The translations under genes were made by a program, and so were the position numbers. A stretch of DNA of 46,704 nucleotides from an uncultured Eubacteriales bacterium (GTDB lineage: Bacteria > Bacillota > Clostridia > Oscillospirales > Acutalibacteraceae): positions 1-46,704 of the forward strand of contig CAYOAW010000002.1 of the NCBI GenBank assembly GCA_964402095.1. The letters run 5' to 3'. Of this stretch, positions 10,058 through 20,697 are shown piece by piece. The notes below the pieces were generated by a model that searched no databases, was not told the origin of the DNA, and saw nothing but the letters and a program-made list of their open reading frames with translations. Within the stretch, counting starts at the first letter, position 1, and each line of letters opens with the position of its first letter.

Positions 10058-10155
10058 TCCGGCAGTCTTGTTAAGCATCTTTTTTCTCTCATATACTCAG
10101 ATAAATCAATATCATTCCGACTGGGGGCAAATATTCCGATTGACTGTCAAATCGG

Positions 10156-10782
10156 ATGCAAAAAATGGAAAAACTGGGAATAAAATATAAACAGCTGGCG
10201 GATAACCGCAAGTTTTGCATGATGTGGCTGATTATCGGTGCAACCTATATCACGTGGTTCGGTTTCCTGAAAAATCCGCTTTATCATACAGCAAGTGTCA
10301 TCGCGGTTGATCACCGCTTTCTTTTCTACATTTGGATATTATGCACTGTTATGGCGTTGTCGTTAAATGTCAAATATATGTACCGCCATAATGATTATGA
10401 GGGTAAAATAGGAAAAAGGCTGCTTTATGCCAGTTTTATATGTGTTATAATGACAGCTGTGGTGCCGCATGCGATCGGCGGAGTGCGGGGTTATGTCCAC
10501 TGGATCTCGGCGCTTTCGTTCGGAGCTCTTTGCGCGGCCTCGGTTATTCTGTTTTTAATCAGCAAACTCAGTTCCAACCGCAGATATATTTACACACTCT
10601 TTTTTCTTGCCGGCATCCTTGTGCTGATGCTTGTGCTTCTTATGCTTTTCGAAGAAAACGGCGTGATTGAAAGCCTGCCTATGCTGAGCGTTTACACAAT
10701 CATTTTTATGATTAACTACACCGGTGTTTATCGGGATAAATCCGAATCAAAAATTAACGGCGATCCCTTTGCTTTGAATTAA
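10156..10782 (+). CDS. polytopic membrane protein, unknown function
   Basis: About 6 hydrophobic segments and no recognisable motif. The start is uncertain (10156 or 10165). Confidence 0.5.
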   Translation: MQKMEKLGIKYKQLADNRKFCMMWLIIGATYITWFGFLKNPLYHTASVIAVDHRFLFYIWILCTVMALSLNVKYMYRHNDYEGKIGKRLLYASFICVIMTAVVPHAIGGVRGYVHWISALSFGALCAASVILFLISKLSSNRRYIYTLFFLAGILVLMLVLLMLFEENGVIESLPMLSVYTIIFMINYTGVYRDKSESKINGDPFALN

Positions 10783-10844
10783 GCTGAATATTAACAGTAT
10801 TTATAACGCCGGCATCTGCCGATGTTTGCGCTTATTCGACAGAA

Positions 10845-10878
10845 ACAGCCCGCACGATGCTGACACCGTGCGGGCTGT
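10845..10878. terminator. intrinsic terminator between the convergent membrane-protein gene and gdhA
   Basis: ACAGCCCGCACG-N10-CGTGCGGGCTGT, followed by AATTTTGTTTTGCTTTT. Confidence 0.8.
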
Positions 10879-10900
10879 AATTTTGTTTTGCTTTTCGATT

Positions 10901-12244
<1,344 letters not shown>

Positions 12245-12309
12245 TCAAAAAAATTTGGACGCAACCGGATATAATCCGGTTGCACCTGTGGCGTCTTTGC
12301 CTTGCATAT

Positions 12310-12338
12310 ATATTACGCCTTCATGTTTGGCAATGCAA
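12310..12338 (-). promoter_or_regulatory. candidate sigma-A promoter of gdhA
   Basis: On the minus strand, TTGCAT-N17-TAATAT lies about 70 nt upstream of the start codon. Confidence 0.45.
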
Positions 12339-12573
12339 GTATTTTTTTTTATGTTTCAATATTTCGTTGATTTGAACATATTAATGCGATTATTTGGCTA
12401 TTTTTGCAACATTTATTGGTTAGTCTTTCATATTTTGCATTCTTTTGCAATTATTCCGTCTTTTTTTCATCGCTGAAACATGAAAATCGCAGGATATATT
12501 TCGTCGTTTTATTGACTTTTCCTCTTATAAATAATATCATTAATTATATAATTTTGCAGGGCTGTGATAAAAG

Positions 12574-13002
12574 ATGGAGTCATTTATTCAAATCGGACGC
12601 TTCATCCTGCCGTTGCTTGGCGCGGCGGTAATTTTCTACAGCCTGTTTTCATTGTTCAGAAAACGGGGTTTGCCGGAAACAGGAGCATATCTGCAAAACT
12701 CCGCAAACGGCGATCAAATACAGCTTTATAATAAAGAAACCTCCATCGGCCGCGGCAAATCGTGCGATATTGTTTTAAACTATGATACCGTCTCCCGCTC
12801 ACATGCTGTGATTGCACCCTGCAGCAAAGGGTGGTTTATTGTTGACACCCGTTCTTCCACCGGCACTTATGTCAACGGTGAACCTGCGAAAGGCAAAGTA
12901 TTCCTGGAAGACAGGGATATCATCACCCTCGGAGGAGCGTCACTTGTTTTTTATACCGGCGGTGTCAGAGGCGATATTCCCATTGCAAAGAAAGTGACTT
13001 GA
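12574..13002 (+). CDS. small membrane-anchored FHA-domain protein (FhaB/FipA-like architecture)
   Basis: N-terminal TM (FILPLLGAAVIFYSLFSLF). FHA motifs SIGRGKSCDIVL, VSRSHAVI and STGTYVNG. Confidence 0.8.
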   Translation: MESFIQIGRFILPLLGAAVIFYSLFSLFRKRGLPETGAYLQNSANGDQIQLYNKETSIGRGKSCDIVLNYDTVSRSHAVIAPCSKGWFIVDTRSSTGTYVNGEPAKGKVFLEDRDIITLGGASLVFYTGGVRGDIPIAKKVT

Positions 13003-13139
13003 CTGCCGCATCCGGTTAACTGCCGCGCAGAAAACAGTCTAAAAATGTCCCGCAATTCAGCGGCTTGCGGTAACTATTTATTTTGAACAACAGCCGACAC
13101 AGCATATTCAGGGTTCGGTTATACGAAAGGTGATTTTAA

Positions 13140-13952
13140 ATGCAGCATTTTAAATCCGCAAAAAGAATTGTTATTAAAGTCGGCACATCGACACTCACCT
13201 ACGAAAACGGGAAAACAAATATCCGCCGTATGGCAAAACTTGCGACTGTTCTTTCGGATTTGCATAATTCCGGGTTGGAAATCGTGCTTGTTACCTCCGG
13301 CGCGATCGGCGTCGGGGTAGGCAAACTCGGATTGAAAAAAAGGCCTCAGGATACCCCGGGCAGACAAGCTGCCGCTACTGTCGGGCAATGTGAATTAATG
13401 TTTATATATGATAAACTTTTCGGAGAATTCGGTCAGATCATTGGCCAGCTTTTAGTTACCCGCAGCGACATTGAAAACGGCGAACGCAGAAGCAACCTTT
13501 TCAATACATTTGAAAAATTATTTGAGTACGGTGCGATTCCCATTGTTAACGAAAATGACAGCGTCGCCGTTGAAGAAATTGTGTACGGCGATAATGACAG
13601 TCTTTCGGCGAATGTCGCTAAACTGGTTAATGCAGACGCTTTGATCATTTTAACTGATATTGACGGTCTTTTCAGCGGTAACCCGCATGAAGACGAGGAT
13701 GCAAAACTGATTCCCTATGTCGGCGAGATAACCGATGACATCCTGGCCTTGGCCGCCCCGAGTTCTTCAAAGCAGGGCACCGGAGGCATGATAACAAAAT
13801 TGCAGGCGGCAAAGCTCTCAACGGGGGCAGGGATAGATACCGTTGTAATGAACGGCGCGGATCCTGCCGATTTATACAAACTTTTAGACGGACGGCAAAC
13901 GGGTACTTTTTTTGAGGGAAACCCGTCTCCGCCTGTTCCGGAAAAACCGTAA
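13140..13952 (+). CDS. proB: glutamate 5-kinase (short form lacking the PUA domain)
   Basis: Amino-acid-kinase motifs IKVGTSTLT, LVTSGAIG, NENDSV and GDNDSLSA. 270 aa. Confidence 0.9.
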   Translation: MQHFKSAKRIVIKVGTSTLTYENGKTNIRRMAKLATVLSDLHNSGLEIVLVTSGAIGVGVGKLGLKKRPQDTPGRQAAATVGQCELMFIYDKLFGEFGQIIGQLLVTRSDIENGERRSNLFNTFEKLFEYGAIPIVNENDSVAVEEIVYGDNDSLSANVAKLVNADALIILTDIDGLFSGNPHEDEDAKLIPYVGEITDDILALAAPSSSKQGTGGMITKLQAAKLSTGAGIDTVVMNGADPADLYKLLDGRQTGTFFEGNPSPPVPEKP

Positions 13953-14002
13953 AATACAACCGAATCCAATAAAAAATGACCGTTTAGCAAAGGAGTGCAA
14001 AC

Positions 14003-15250
14003 ATGGTATCGGGACTGAAAGAAATAGGCGAAAAAGCTGTAAAGGCGGAAAGAATACTCGCTTGTACGCGCGGCGGTATCAAAGACTCTGCTCTCGCCGC
14101 TATCGCTTGCGCATTGCGCGCTAAGAGCGATGACATCATAGCCGCCAATAAAATCGACCTCAGCAACGGAGATGCAGCCGGGCTGTCGCTTTCCCTGCTT
14201 GACAGGCTGAGACTTGACAAGGGCAGAATTGAAGCGATGGCTGACGGTGTGTGTCAGATAGCGGGCATGGATGATCCTGTCGGTAAAATCATTTCCGGCA
14301 CAACACGCCCGAACGGATTAAAAATTCAAAAAATCAGTGTCCCGCTTGGAGTCATCGCGGTTATTTATGAAGCCCGGCCAAATGTCAGTTCTGACGCGGC
14401 GGCGCTCTGTTTAAAATCAGGCAACGCAGTCATTTTGCGCGGCGGCAAAGAAGCGATCAATTCCAACAAAGCAATTGTACAGTGTATGCGAACCGCAGTG
14501 AAAGAAGCGGGTTTGCCTTCAGATTGCATTCAGTTGGTTGAGGACACCTCCCGTGAAAGCGCAAATGAACTGATGCGGATGAACGAGACCATTGATGTTC
14601 TTATTCCAAGGGGCGGCGCCGGGCTTATTAAAGCCGTTATGGAAAACTCAACCATCCCTGTTATCGAAACAGGTGTCGGCAACTGCCATATTTATGTTGA
14701 CCGCGCTGCCGATATTGACATGGCCGTGAATATTATTTTTAACGCAAAGACCTCCCGCCCTTCTGTTTGCAATGCATGCGAAAGCCTGTTGATTCATAAA
14801 GATATTGCGGAGCTTGCATTGATTGCCATAAATGCAAAGCTGGTTGAAAAATCAGTCGAGATCAGAGGCGATGAAATTGTCTGTGAAATATTGCCTGATG
14901 CCGTTCCCGCCAACGATGATGACTGGGGGAAGGAATATCTTGACTACATTCTGTCCGCCAAAGTGGTATCGGACATTGATGAAGCTATCAGCCATATTGC
15001 CGTTTACGGCTCAGGGCACAGTGAGTGCATTGTTACCAACGATTATGAAGCCTCGCAAAGATTTTTAAACGAAGTGGATGCCGCCGCGGTTTATGTGAAT
15101 GCTTCCACTCGTTTTACGGACGGAGGGGAATTCGGTTTCGGTGCCGAAATCGGGATATCCACACAAAAGCTCCATGCAAGAGGGCCGTTAGGCCTGGATA
15201 ACCTTACCAGTGAAAAATATATCATATACGGCTCGGGTCAGATTCGATAA
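14003..15250 (+). CDS. proA: glutamate-5-semialdehyde dehydrogenase
   Basis: 415 aa. Motifs VIYEARPNV, LRGGKEA and catalytic-Cys context VCNACESLLIH. Immediately downstream of proB. Confidence 0.92.
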   Translation: MVSGLKEIGEKAVKAERILACTRGGIKDSALAAIACALRAKSDDIIAANKIDLSNGDAAGLSLSLLDRLRLDKGRIEAMADGVCQIAGMDDPVGKIISGTTRPNGLKIQKISVPLGVIAVIYEARPNVSSDAAALCLKSGNAVILRGGKEAINSNKAIVQCMRTAVKEAGLPSDCIQLVEDTSRESANELMRMNETIDVLIPRGGAGLIKAVMENSTIPVIETGVGNCHIYVDRAADIDMAVNIIFNAKTSRPSVCNACESLLIHKDIAELALIAINAKLVEKSVEIRGDEIVCEILPDAVPANDDDWGKEYLDYILSAKVVSDIDEAISHIAVYGSGHSECIVTNDYEASQRFLNEVDAAAVYVNASTRFTDGGEFGFGAEIGISTQKLHARGPLGLDNLTSEKYIIYGSGQIR

Positions 15251-15310
15251 ACGATCCGACGGCACGCAATAAAATCAGCCGGTTACCGATACGGCTTTGG
15301 AGGCGCCAAA

Positions 15311-16045
15311 ATGGAAGATAAAACAATAATTGAAACCCGCCACCGTAAAAGGAGACGCCACCGCTGGGCATTCCCTTTAGGTTTGGCAATCATCATTCTT
15401 GCGGTTGTCGGAGCGGTTAATCTCATCAACGCCGGCATCGACGGGATTAAAAATATGACTGACGACAGCAGTTTGAAAAACGAGTACGAAAAATTCCTTG
15501 AGCCGGTTGTGGCAAACGATCCCGATTCTTTTGACGATTTAAGCCGGGCAACCATGTCCCAATTGATAGCTTCTTCGGTTCAAAGGCTTTTTATAGATGC
15601 CGATGAAGGGGAATTTTCGGAATATTATTTTGAAAAAAAGAACGACGACGGAACAACATCCTATGCTTATGCTATTCCCGAGGCAAATGTCGATATAGCT
15701 TTTGAAGAGCTTTTCGGTGACGAGAGAACCCCTGAAAATATGACGGTCGAAGGCGGTTCAATCGCGTTTACTTATGACAGCACCGCAAAAAAGTATATTG
15801 TACCGCTGGGTGACACGCTTCAGGCCTTCAAGCCAAAAGTAACCGACATTCATAAAAAGGGTGATTCCATCATTTTAACCGTCGGATATTACAGCTTGAA
15901 TACCAACTCGGATGACTGGAAGATTGATGATGACGGCAATTATATTCCTCCTGAACCCAACAAATATATGAAAATTACTCTGAGGGACAGGGATGCGGCG
16001 ATACCTTATTATATAGCCGCAATACAGGCAAGCGACGCGAGTTAG
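15311..16045 (+). CDS. hypothetical single-pass membrane protein with an extracytoplasmic domain
   Basis: Arg-rich N-terminus and TM (WAFPLGLAIIILAVVGAV). GGAGG RBS. No recognised domain. Confidence 0.55.
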   Translation: MEDKTIIETRHRKRRRHRWAFPLGLAIIILAVVGAVNLINAGIDGIKNMTDDSSLKNEYEKFLEPVVANDPDSFDDLSRATMSQLIASSVQRLFIDADEGEFSEYYFEKKNDDGTTSYAYAIPEANVDIAFEELFGDERTPENMTVEGGSIAFTYDSTAKKYIVPLGDTLQAFKPKVTDIHKKGDSIILTVGYYSLNTNSDDWKIDDDGNYIPPEPNKYMKITLRDRDAAIPYYIAAIQASDAS

Positions 16046-16091
16046 CAGGTTCTGTTGTATGTTGTTATTATAAACGCAAAGTGAGGTTCCC

Positions 16092-16841
16092 ATGTATTTT
16101 CATGAACCAATCTATGACCTTGATATACTGTCAAAGCACAATCTGCATATTCATACAAACTTTTCAAAATGTGCCAAAGAGAAAATGACGGTTTCAGAAA
16201 TTATTAAAACAGCCGAAACTGCCGGGCTTGAAATGATTGCGTTGACTGACCATTTTAACGATGACATTTCGGACAGTGAGTGCATTGAACGCAATATCTT
16301 TCTGCGCGCCGAAGCTGCGAAGACCGCCGCTGGGATAAGGGTACTGTTCGGCAATGAGCTTTCAGCTTATGCTCCCGGGAAAACACTCGAAAGCCAGTCA
16401 GTCAGGGACATTGTTGATTACAGGCTTTATTCCTGCAACCATTACCATTTGGATTTTTGGGGCCAGCCGGAAGATAAATCCGCCCGCGGATATGCCGAGT
16501 ATTCCATTGCCATAATATCCTCGCTGATAAAATCGGATTTTGCGGACTGTATCGCGCATCCTTTTATCGGCCGTTTTATCAAGCATATTGAAGACAGAAC
16601 GCTTGTAACAAAAGCAATGACTGACAGCGAACTTGGCGACCTGCTTATGCTGGGCAACGCTCATTATACTGCCTGGGAGCTGAATACAGGGGCGATTCTC
16701 GGTGATCCGGAATTCGGCAGAAGACTTTGGAACCTCGGGAGAGAAACAGGCGCGGTTTTCAACTACGGAACAGATTCGCATCGTTTTTCCTTTATTGATA
16801 CAAGCACCTCCCTGCCTGAAATTAAAAAAGTACTGAACTGA
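16092..16841 (+). CDS. PHP-domain (histidinol-phosphatase-like) metal-dependent phosphoesterase, cytoplasmic
   Basis: Motifs NLHIHTNFSKC, ALTDHF, AHPF and GTDSH. Confidence 0.7.
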   Translation: MYFHEPIYDLDILSKHNLHIHTNFSKCAKEKMTVSEIIKTAETAGLEMIALTDHFNDDISDSECIERNIFLRAEAAKTAAGIRVLFGNELSAYAPGKTLESQSVRDIVDYRLYSCNHYHLDFWGQPEDKSARGYAEYSIAIISSLIKSDFADCIAHPFIGRFIKHIEDRTLVTKAMTDSELGDLLMLGNAHYTAWELNTGAILGDPEFGRRLWNLGRETGAVFNYGTDSHRFSFIDTSTSLPEIKKVLN

Positions 16842-16879
16842 TTTAACACATAAAGAAAAATTAATAGTTTGTTAATTGA

Positions 16880-16925
16880 AAAAGCCTGCTTGCAATGTTA
16901 AACTGTATAAGGCTTTTATTTTATT
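16880..16925 (+). terminator. possible terminator after the PHP gene
   Basis: AAAAGCC-N24-GGCTTTT, followed by ATTTTATT. The large loop makes it weak. Confidence 0.4.
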
Positions 16926-16971
16926 GTTTGTATTTGTATCTGCGCAAATCACCTGCAAGGGAGACGAAAGT

Positions 16972-18735
16972 TTGCTGAAGTTAATGAAATTCTTGAAGCC
17001 GTTAAAGTTGTTCGCGGCTTTGACCATAATTTTTTCTCTTGCCCACAGCGGGCTGTCACTGCTCCTTCCAAAAATGCTGGCGTCAATCATAAACAAAGGC
17101 ATAACCGATGAGCGCAAAGGATATATTCTCTTAATCGGTACCTTGATGCTGTTTTTGTCCGCTCTCTCTTTAGCGGCCGCAATAACATCAAACTATTGTT
17201 CCGCACGAACCGCGACAAGCTTCGGCAGAACAGTGCGGAGAGCCGTTTTTTTTAAGGTTGAAAGTCTTTCACAATGTGACATCGACAGTATAGGCACTCC
17301 GTCTTTGATAACCCGCAATACAAACGACATCAATAAAATTCAAGATATGCTTATGACTATAATGCGTACCCTTATCACAGCGCCGATCATGATGATCGGC
17401 GGTGCGGTTATGGCGTTCAGCATGAACAAAGAGCTTTCTTCAATTATGTTTTTTGTTATTCCTTTTGTTATTCTTATTGCGGTAATCGTCGCAAAGATGG
17501 TTATTCCGATGTTTGATAAAATGCAAAAAAAGACAGACTTGCTAAATCAGATGCTGCGTGAAAAACTCGGCGGCATAAGAGTTATCAGGGCTTTCAACCG
17601 CTCAGGTTACGAAGACAACAGATTTAAAAAGGCTAATCTGGATCTTACTTCGCTCGCGCTGAAAATAAACCGCTTGATGGCCGGAATAATGCCCGTTTCC
17701 GTATTGCTGATATTTTTGGTGACCGTTTCTATCGTCGGGATAACAAGCCGGCAGCTCAACGGCCTTGATGCGTCAATTCCCCTTCAAAAACTTCAGATTG
17801 AAAATACCGTCGGCAACCTGCAGGCTTTTCTGGTTTACCTTTTTATGATGATTTCAGCGGTTGCCATGGCAGCGGAAATGTTTATCATGCTTCCGCGCGC
17901 ATCCATATCCGCAAAAAGAATCAATGAAGTTCTATCAATAGAAACAAAAATCATTGAACCTTTAACTCCGGTAATATCCGACAAAAAAGCAAGCAACGCC
18001 ATTGAATTCAAGGATGTTTATTTCTGTTATCCCGGCGCGGAAGCCTCCGTGCTGAGTTCAATCAGTTTTCTAGCGGAAGCGGGAAAAACAACCGCGATTA
18101 TCGGCGGCACCGGCAGCGGGAAATCAACACTTATAAACCTTATTCCGCGTTATTATGATGTCAGTTACGGTTCTATACTGTTAAACGGCATTGATATCCG
18201 CTATATGTCAACGGAAGCGCTGAGGAACCGGATCGGTTTTGTCCCCCAGAAAGCATTTCTCTTCAGTGGTACAATTGCCGACAATCTGCGTTTCGGTAAA
18301 CCCGACGCCACCGAAGAAGAAATGTGGAAAGCGCTTGAAATTGCGCAGGCCGATGATTTTGTCAGAGATCTTAAGGACGGTCTGGACAATATGATTTCCC
18401 AAGGCGGCAAGAATTTTTCCGGCGGCCAGCAGCAGCGTATCGCCATCGCCCGCACAATTATACGCCGGTCCGACTTTTATGTCTTTGACGACAGCTTTTC
18501 CGCTTTGGATTTCATTACCGACGCCAAACTGCGAAAAGCGCTGAAGGAAAGCCTTCACGGAAGTTCTGTCATCATCATCGCCCAGAGGATCGGTACTATT
18601 ATTGATGCCGACCAGATTATTGTCCTTGATGAAGGCAAAATTGCGGGGATCGGAAAACATAAGGAATTGCTGAAAAGCTGTTCGGTTTACCGTGAAATTG
18701 CCCTTTCCCAGCTTTCAGAGGAGGATTTGGCATGA
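16972..18735 (+). CDS. ABC exporter half-transporter (TMD-NBD), degenerate-site subunit
   Basis: TTG at 16972 lies 7 nt after AAGGGAGA (ATG at 16984 is an alternative). Walker A GGTGSGKST, signature FSGGQQQ, Walker B FYVFDD followed by S (no catalytic Glu), switch loop IIAQR (Gln instead of His). Confidence 0.88.
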   Translation: MLKLMKFLKPLKLFAALTIIFSLAHSGLSLLLPKMLASIINKGITDERKGYILLIGTLMLFLSALSLAAAITSNYCSARTATSFGRTVRRAVFFKVESLSQCDIDSIGTPSLITRNTNDINKIQDMLMTIMRTLITAPIMMIGGAVMAFSMNKELSSIMFFVIPFVILIAVIVAKMVIPMFDKMQKKTDLLNQMLREKLGGIRVIRAFNRSGYEDNRFKKANLDLTSLALKINRLMAGIMPVSVLLIFLVTVSIVGITSRQLNGLDASIPLQKLQIENTVGNLQAFLVYLFMMISAVAMAAEMFIMLPRASISAKRINEVLSIETKIIEPLTPVISDKKASNAIEFKDVYFCYPGAEASVLSSISFLAEAGKTTAIIGGTGSGKSTLINLIPRYYDVSYGSILLNGIDIRYMSTEALRNRIGFVPQKAFLFSGTIADNLRFGKPDATEEEMWKALEIAQADDFVRDLKDGLDNMISQGGKNFSGGQQQRIAIARTIIRRSDFYVFDDSFSALDFITDAKLRKALKESLHGSSVIIIAQRIGTIIDADQIIVLDEGKIAGIGKHKELLKSCSVYREIALSQLSEEDLA

Positions 18736-20612
18736 GGAAGAAAGACAGGCTGAACCTTGAGCTGAAAGAAATCAGGGCAAAAAGAAGAGAAAAATACGCC
18801 AGCTATAAGGGCGGGAAAAAGAAACACGGGGAAAAGCCAAAAGACTTTAAAGGGACAGCCCGAAAGTACTTCTCGCTTCTTCTGCCGCATAAATACATCA
18901 TGATTATCGTTTTGCTCGCCGGAATATTCGGCGCCGCGCTGAGTGTCGCAGGGCCGATGGTTTTAGGCGATGTTGTCGACACCATTCAGGCCGAGGTTAA
19001 GCAAAAACTTCTGGGGCAGGAATTAGACCTCACAAAAATCATAAAAATGATGCTTTCGTTATTAGCTATTTACGGCACCAGCTCCGTACTGAATTTTATT
19101 CAAAACTACACCATGGCCGGCATCACACAAAAGGTTGTCTGCTCGTTGCGTGAACGGATAAATGCCAAGCTGTCAAAAATGCCGCTCAAATTCTTTGACA
19201 GCAACTCCAAGGGCGATATTATGAGCCGCATGGTCAATGATATTGACAACATCAGCAATTCTTTTCAAAACAGTATCATTCAAATAGTCACTTCTTTCGT
19301 TACGGCAATCGGCGTTTTCGGATGTATGCTTTATGTGAGTTGGAGACTGACAGGGGTTACATTGGCTATTCTTCCGCCAAGTCTGTTTATCGTGTTGGCA
19401 ATAACCCGGCGCTCGAGAAAACATTTTAAAACTCAATGGGACCGTATGGGCGAATTAAACGGGCATATAGAAGAAATGTATACCGGGCATAAACTTGTCA
19501 AGGTGTTCGGCCGTGAGAACGACGCAATGGCAGAATTCGAAGATATAAATGACCAGCTGGCTCTTGTGAGCAGAAAGGCTCAGTTTATATCCGGTTTGGT
19601 TGGGCCAATGCTGGATTTCTTTGGATATATCGCTTTTATATTAATCTGTGTATTCGGCGGAATAAATGTTATCAACGGAAATATGACACTTGGAGGAATC
19701 ACCTCATTTTATACTTACGCAATGCTTTTCATGCAGCCGATCGTAGCATTGGGTAATATAACAAACCGCCTGCAATCGTCCCTGGCTTGCGCGGAACGAG
19801 TTTTCACCCTTTTGGAAGAAGAGGAGGAAACGCCGGAGAATACTTCTTGTTCGATTGACTCGGCAATAGGAAAAGTTGAAATAAAACATGTTGATTTCTG
19901 CTACAGCGAGGATAAACCGCTTATCGAAGACATGAATATTACAGTCGAACCGGGGCAGCTTGTCGCGATAGTCGGTCCCACAGGCGGCGGCAAGACAACG
20001 CTTGTCAATCTCTTGATGCGTTTCTATGATGTCAAGGCCGGAGAGATTTTAATTGACGGCATCGATATCCGGCTTATCCCCAGAGAAAATCTGCGCAGGA
20101 TTTTCGGTATGGTACTGCAGGATACCTGGCTCTTCAACGGAACGATCCGCGAAAACATCGCTTACGGAAGAGAAGGCGCAACCGATGAGGATCTTTATGC
20201 CGCGGCTGACGCAGCAAGAGTTACACATTTTATCAGCACTCTCTCCGACGGTTTTAATACGATGCTTGAAGAGGATGGCGCAAATATCTCTCAGGGCCAA
20301 CGCCAGCTTTTAACGATCGCGCGGGCTATTCTGGCGGACCCGGCAATACTAATCCTTGATGAAGCGACAAGTTCTGTCGACACACGCACAGAAGTTTTAA
20401 TTCAAAAAGCGATGAAAACATTGATGCAAGGCCGAACAAACTTTGTTATTGCCCACAGGCTTTCCACTATCAGGGAAGCTGATACCATTCTGGTGGTAAA
20501 CAACGGTCATATTATTGAGCAGGGAAAGCATGAAGACCTTTTAAGCCGGAACGGCTTTTATGCCGAGCTTTACAACAGCCAGTTCGGTTTTTATGACACC
20601 GAGGCTGTATAA
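18732..20612 (+). CDS. ABC exporter half-transporter (TMD-NBD), consensus-site subunit
   Basis: ATGA start/stop overlap with the upstream gene. Walker A GPTGGGKTT, Walker B ILILDEAT, switch VIAHR, but a deviant signature ISQGQ. Lys-rich N-terminal extension. Confidence 0.9.
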   Translation: MRKKDRLNLELKEIRAKRREKYASYKGGKKKHGEKPKDFKGTARKYFSLLLPHKYIMIIVLLAGIFGAALSVAGPMVLGDVVDTIQAEVKQKLLGQELDLTKIIKMMLSLLAIYGTSSVLNFIQNYTMAGITQKVVCSLRERINAKLSKMPLKFFDSNSKGDIMSRMVNDIDNISNSFQNSIIQIVTSFVTAIGVFGCMLYVSWRLTGVTLAILPPSLFIVLAITRRSRKHFKTQWDRMGELNGHIEEMYTGHKLVKVFGRENDAMAEFEDINDQLALVSRKAQFISGLVGPMLDFFGYIAFILICVFGGINVINGNMTLGGITSFYTYAMLFMQPIVALGNITNRLQSSLACAERVFTLLEEEEETPENTSCSIDSAIGKVEIKHVDFCYSEDKPLIEDMNITVEPGQLVAIVGPTGGGKTTLVNLLMRFYDVKAGEILIDGIDIRLIPRENLRRIFGMVLQDTWLFNGTIRENIAYGREGATDEDLYAAADAARVTHFISTLSDGFNTMLEEDGANISQGQRQLLTIARAILADPAILILDEATSSVDTRTEVLIQKAMKTLMQGRTNFVIAHRLSTIREADTILVVNNGHIIEQGKHEDLLSRNGFYAELYNSQFGFYDTEAV

Positions 20613-20630
20613 CGGCATACTTACATAAAA

Positions 20631-20676
20631 AAGGACTGCGGTTTGCGATTGTAAAATCGTTTTAACGGCAGTCCTT
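20631..20676. terminator. bidirectional terminator between the ABC operon and the PBP gene
   Basis: AAGGACTGC...GCAGTCCTT, flanked by an A-run on the left and a T-run on the right. Confidence 0.75.
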
Positions 20677-20697
20677 TTTATACACTGTGTTCAAGCG

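Noticed and set aside
12395-12408. TGGC...TTGCA resembling a sigma-54 -24/-12 promoter, plus several TTTGCA repeats upstream of the FHA gene
   Set aside because: Only 8 nt separate GG and GC instead of the required 10. No enhancer-binding protein gene lies nearby.
13003-13139. Possible T-box or amino-acid-responsive leader upstream of proBA
   Set aside because: The spacer is only 137 nt. It has no T-box consensus (AGGGUGGNACCGCG-like) and no terminator/antiterminator pair visible.
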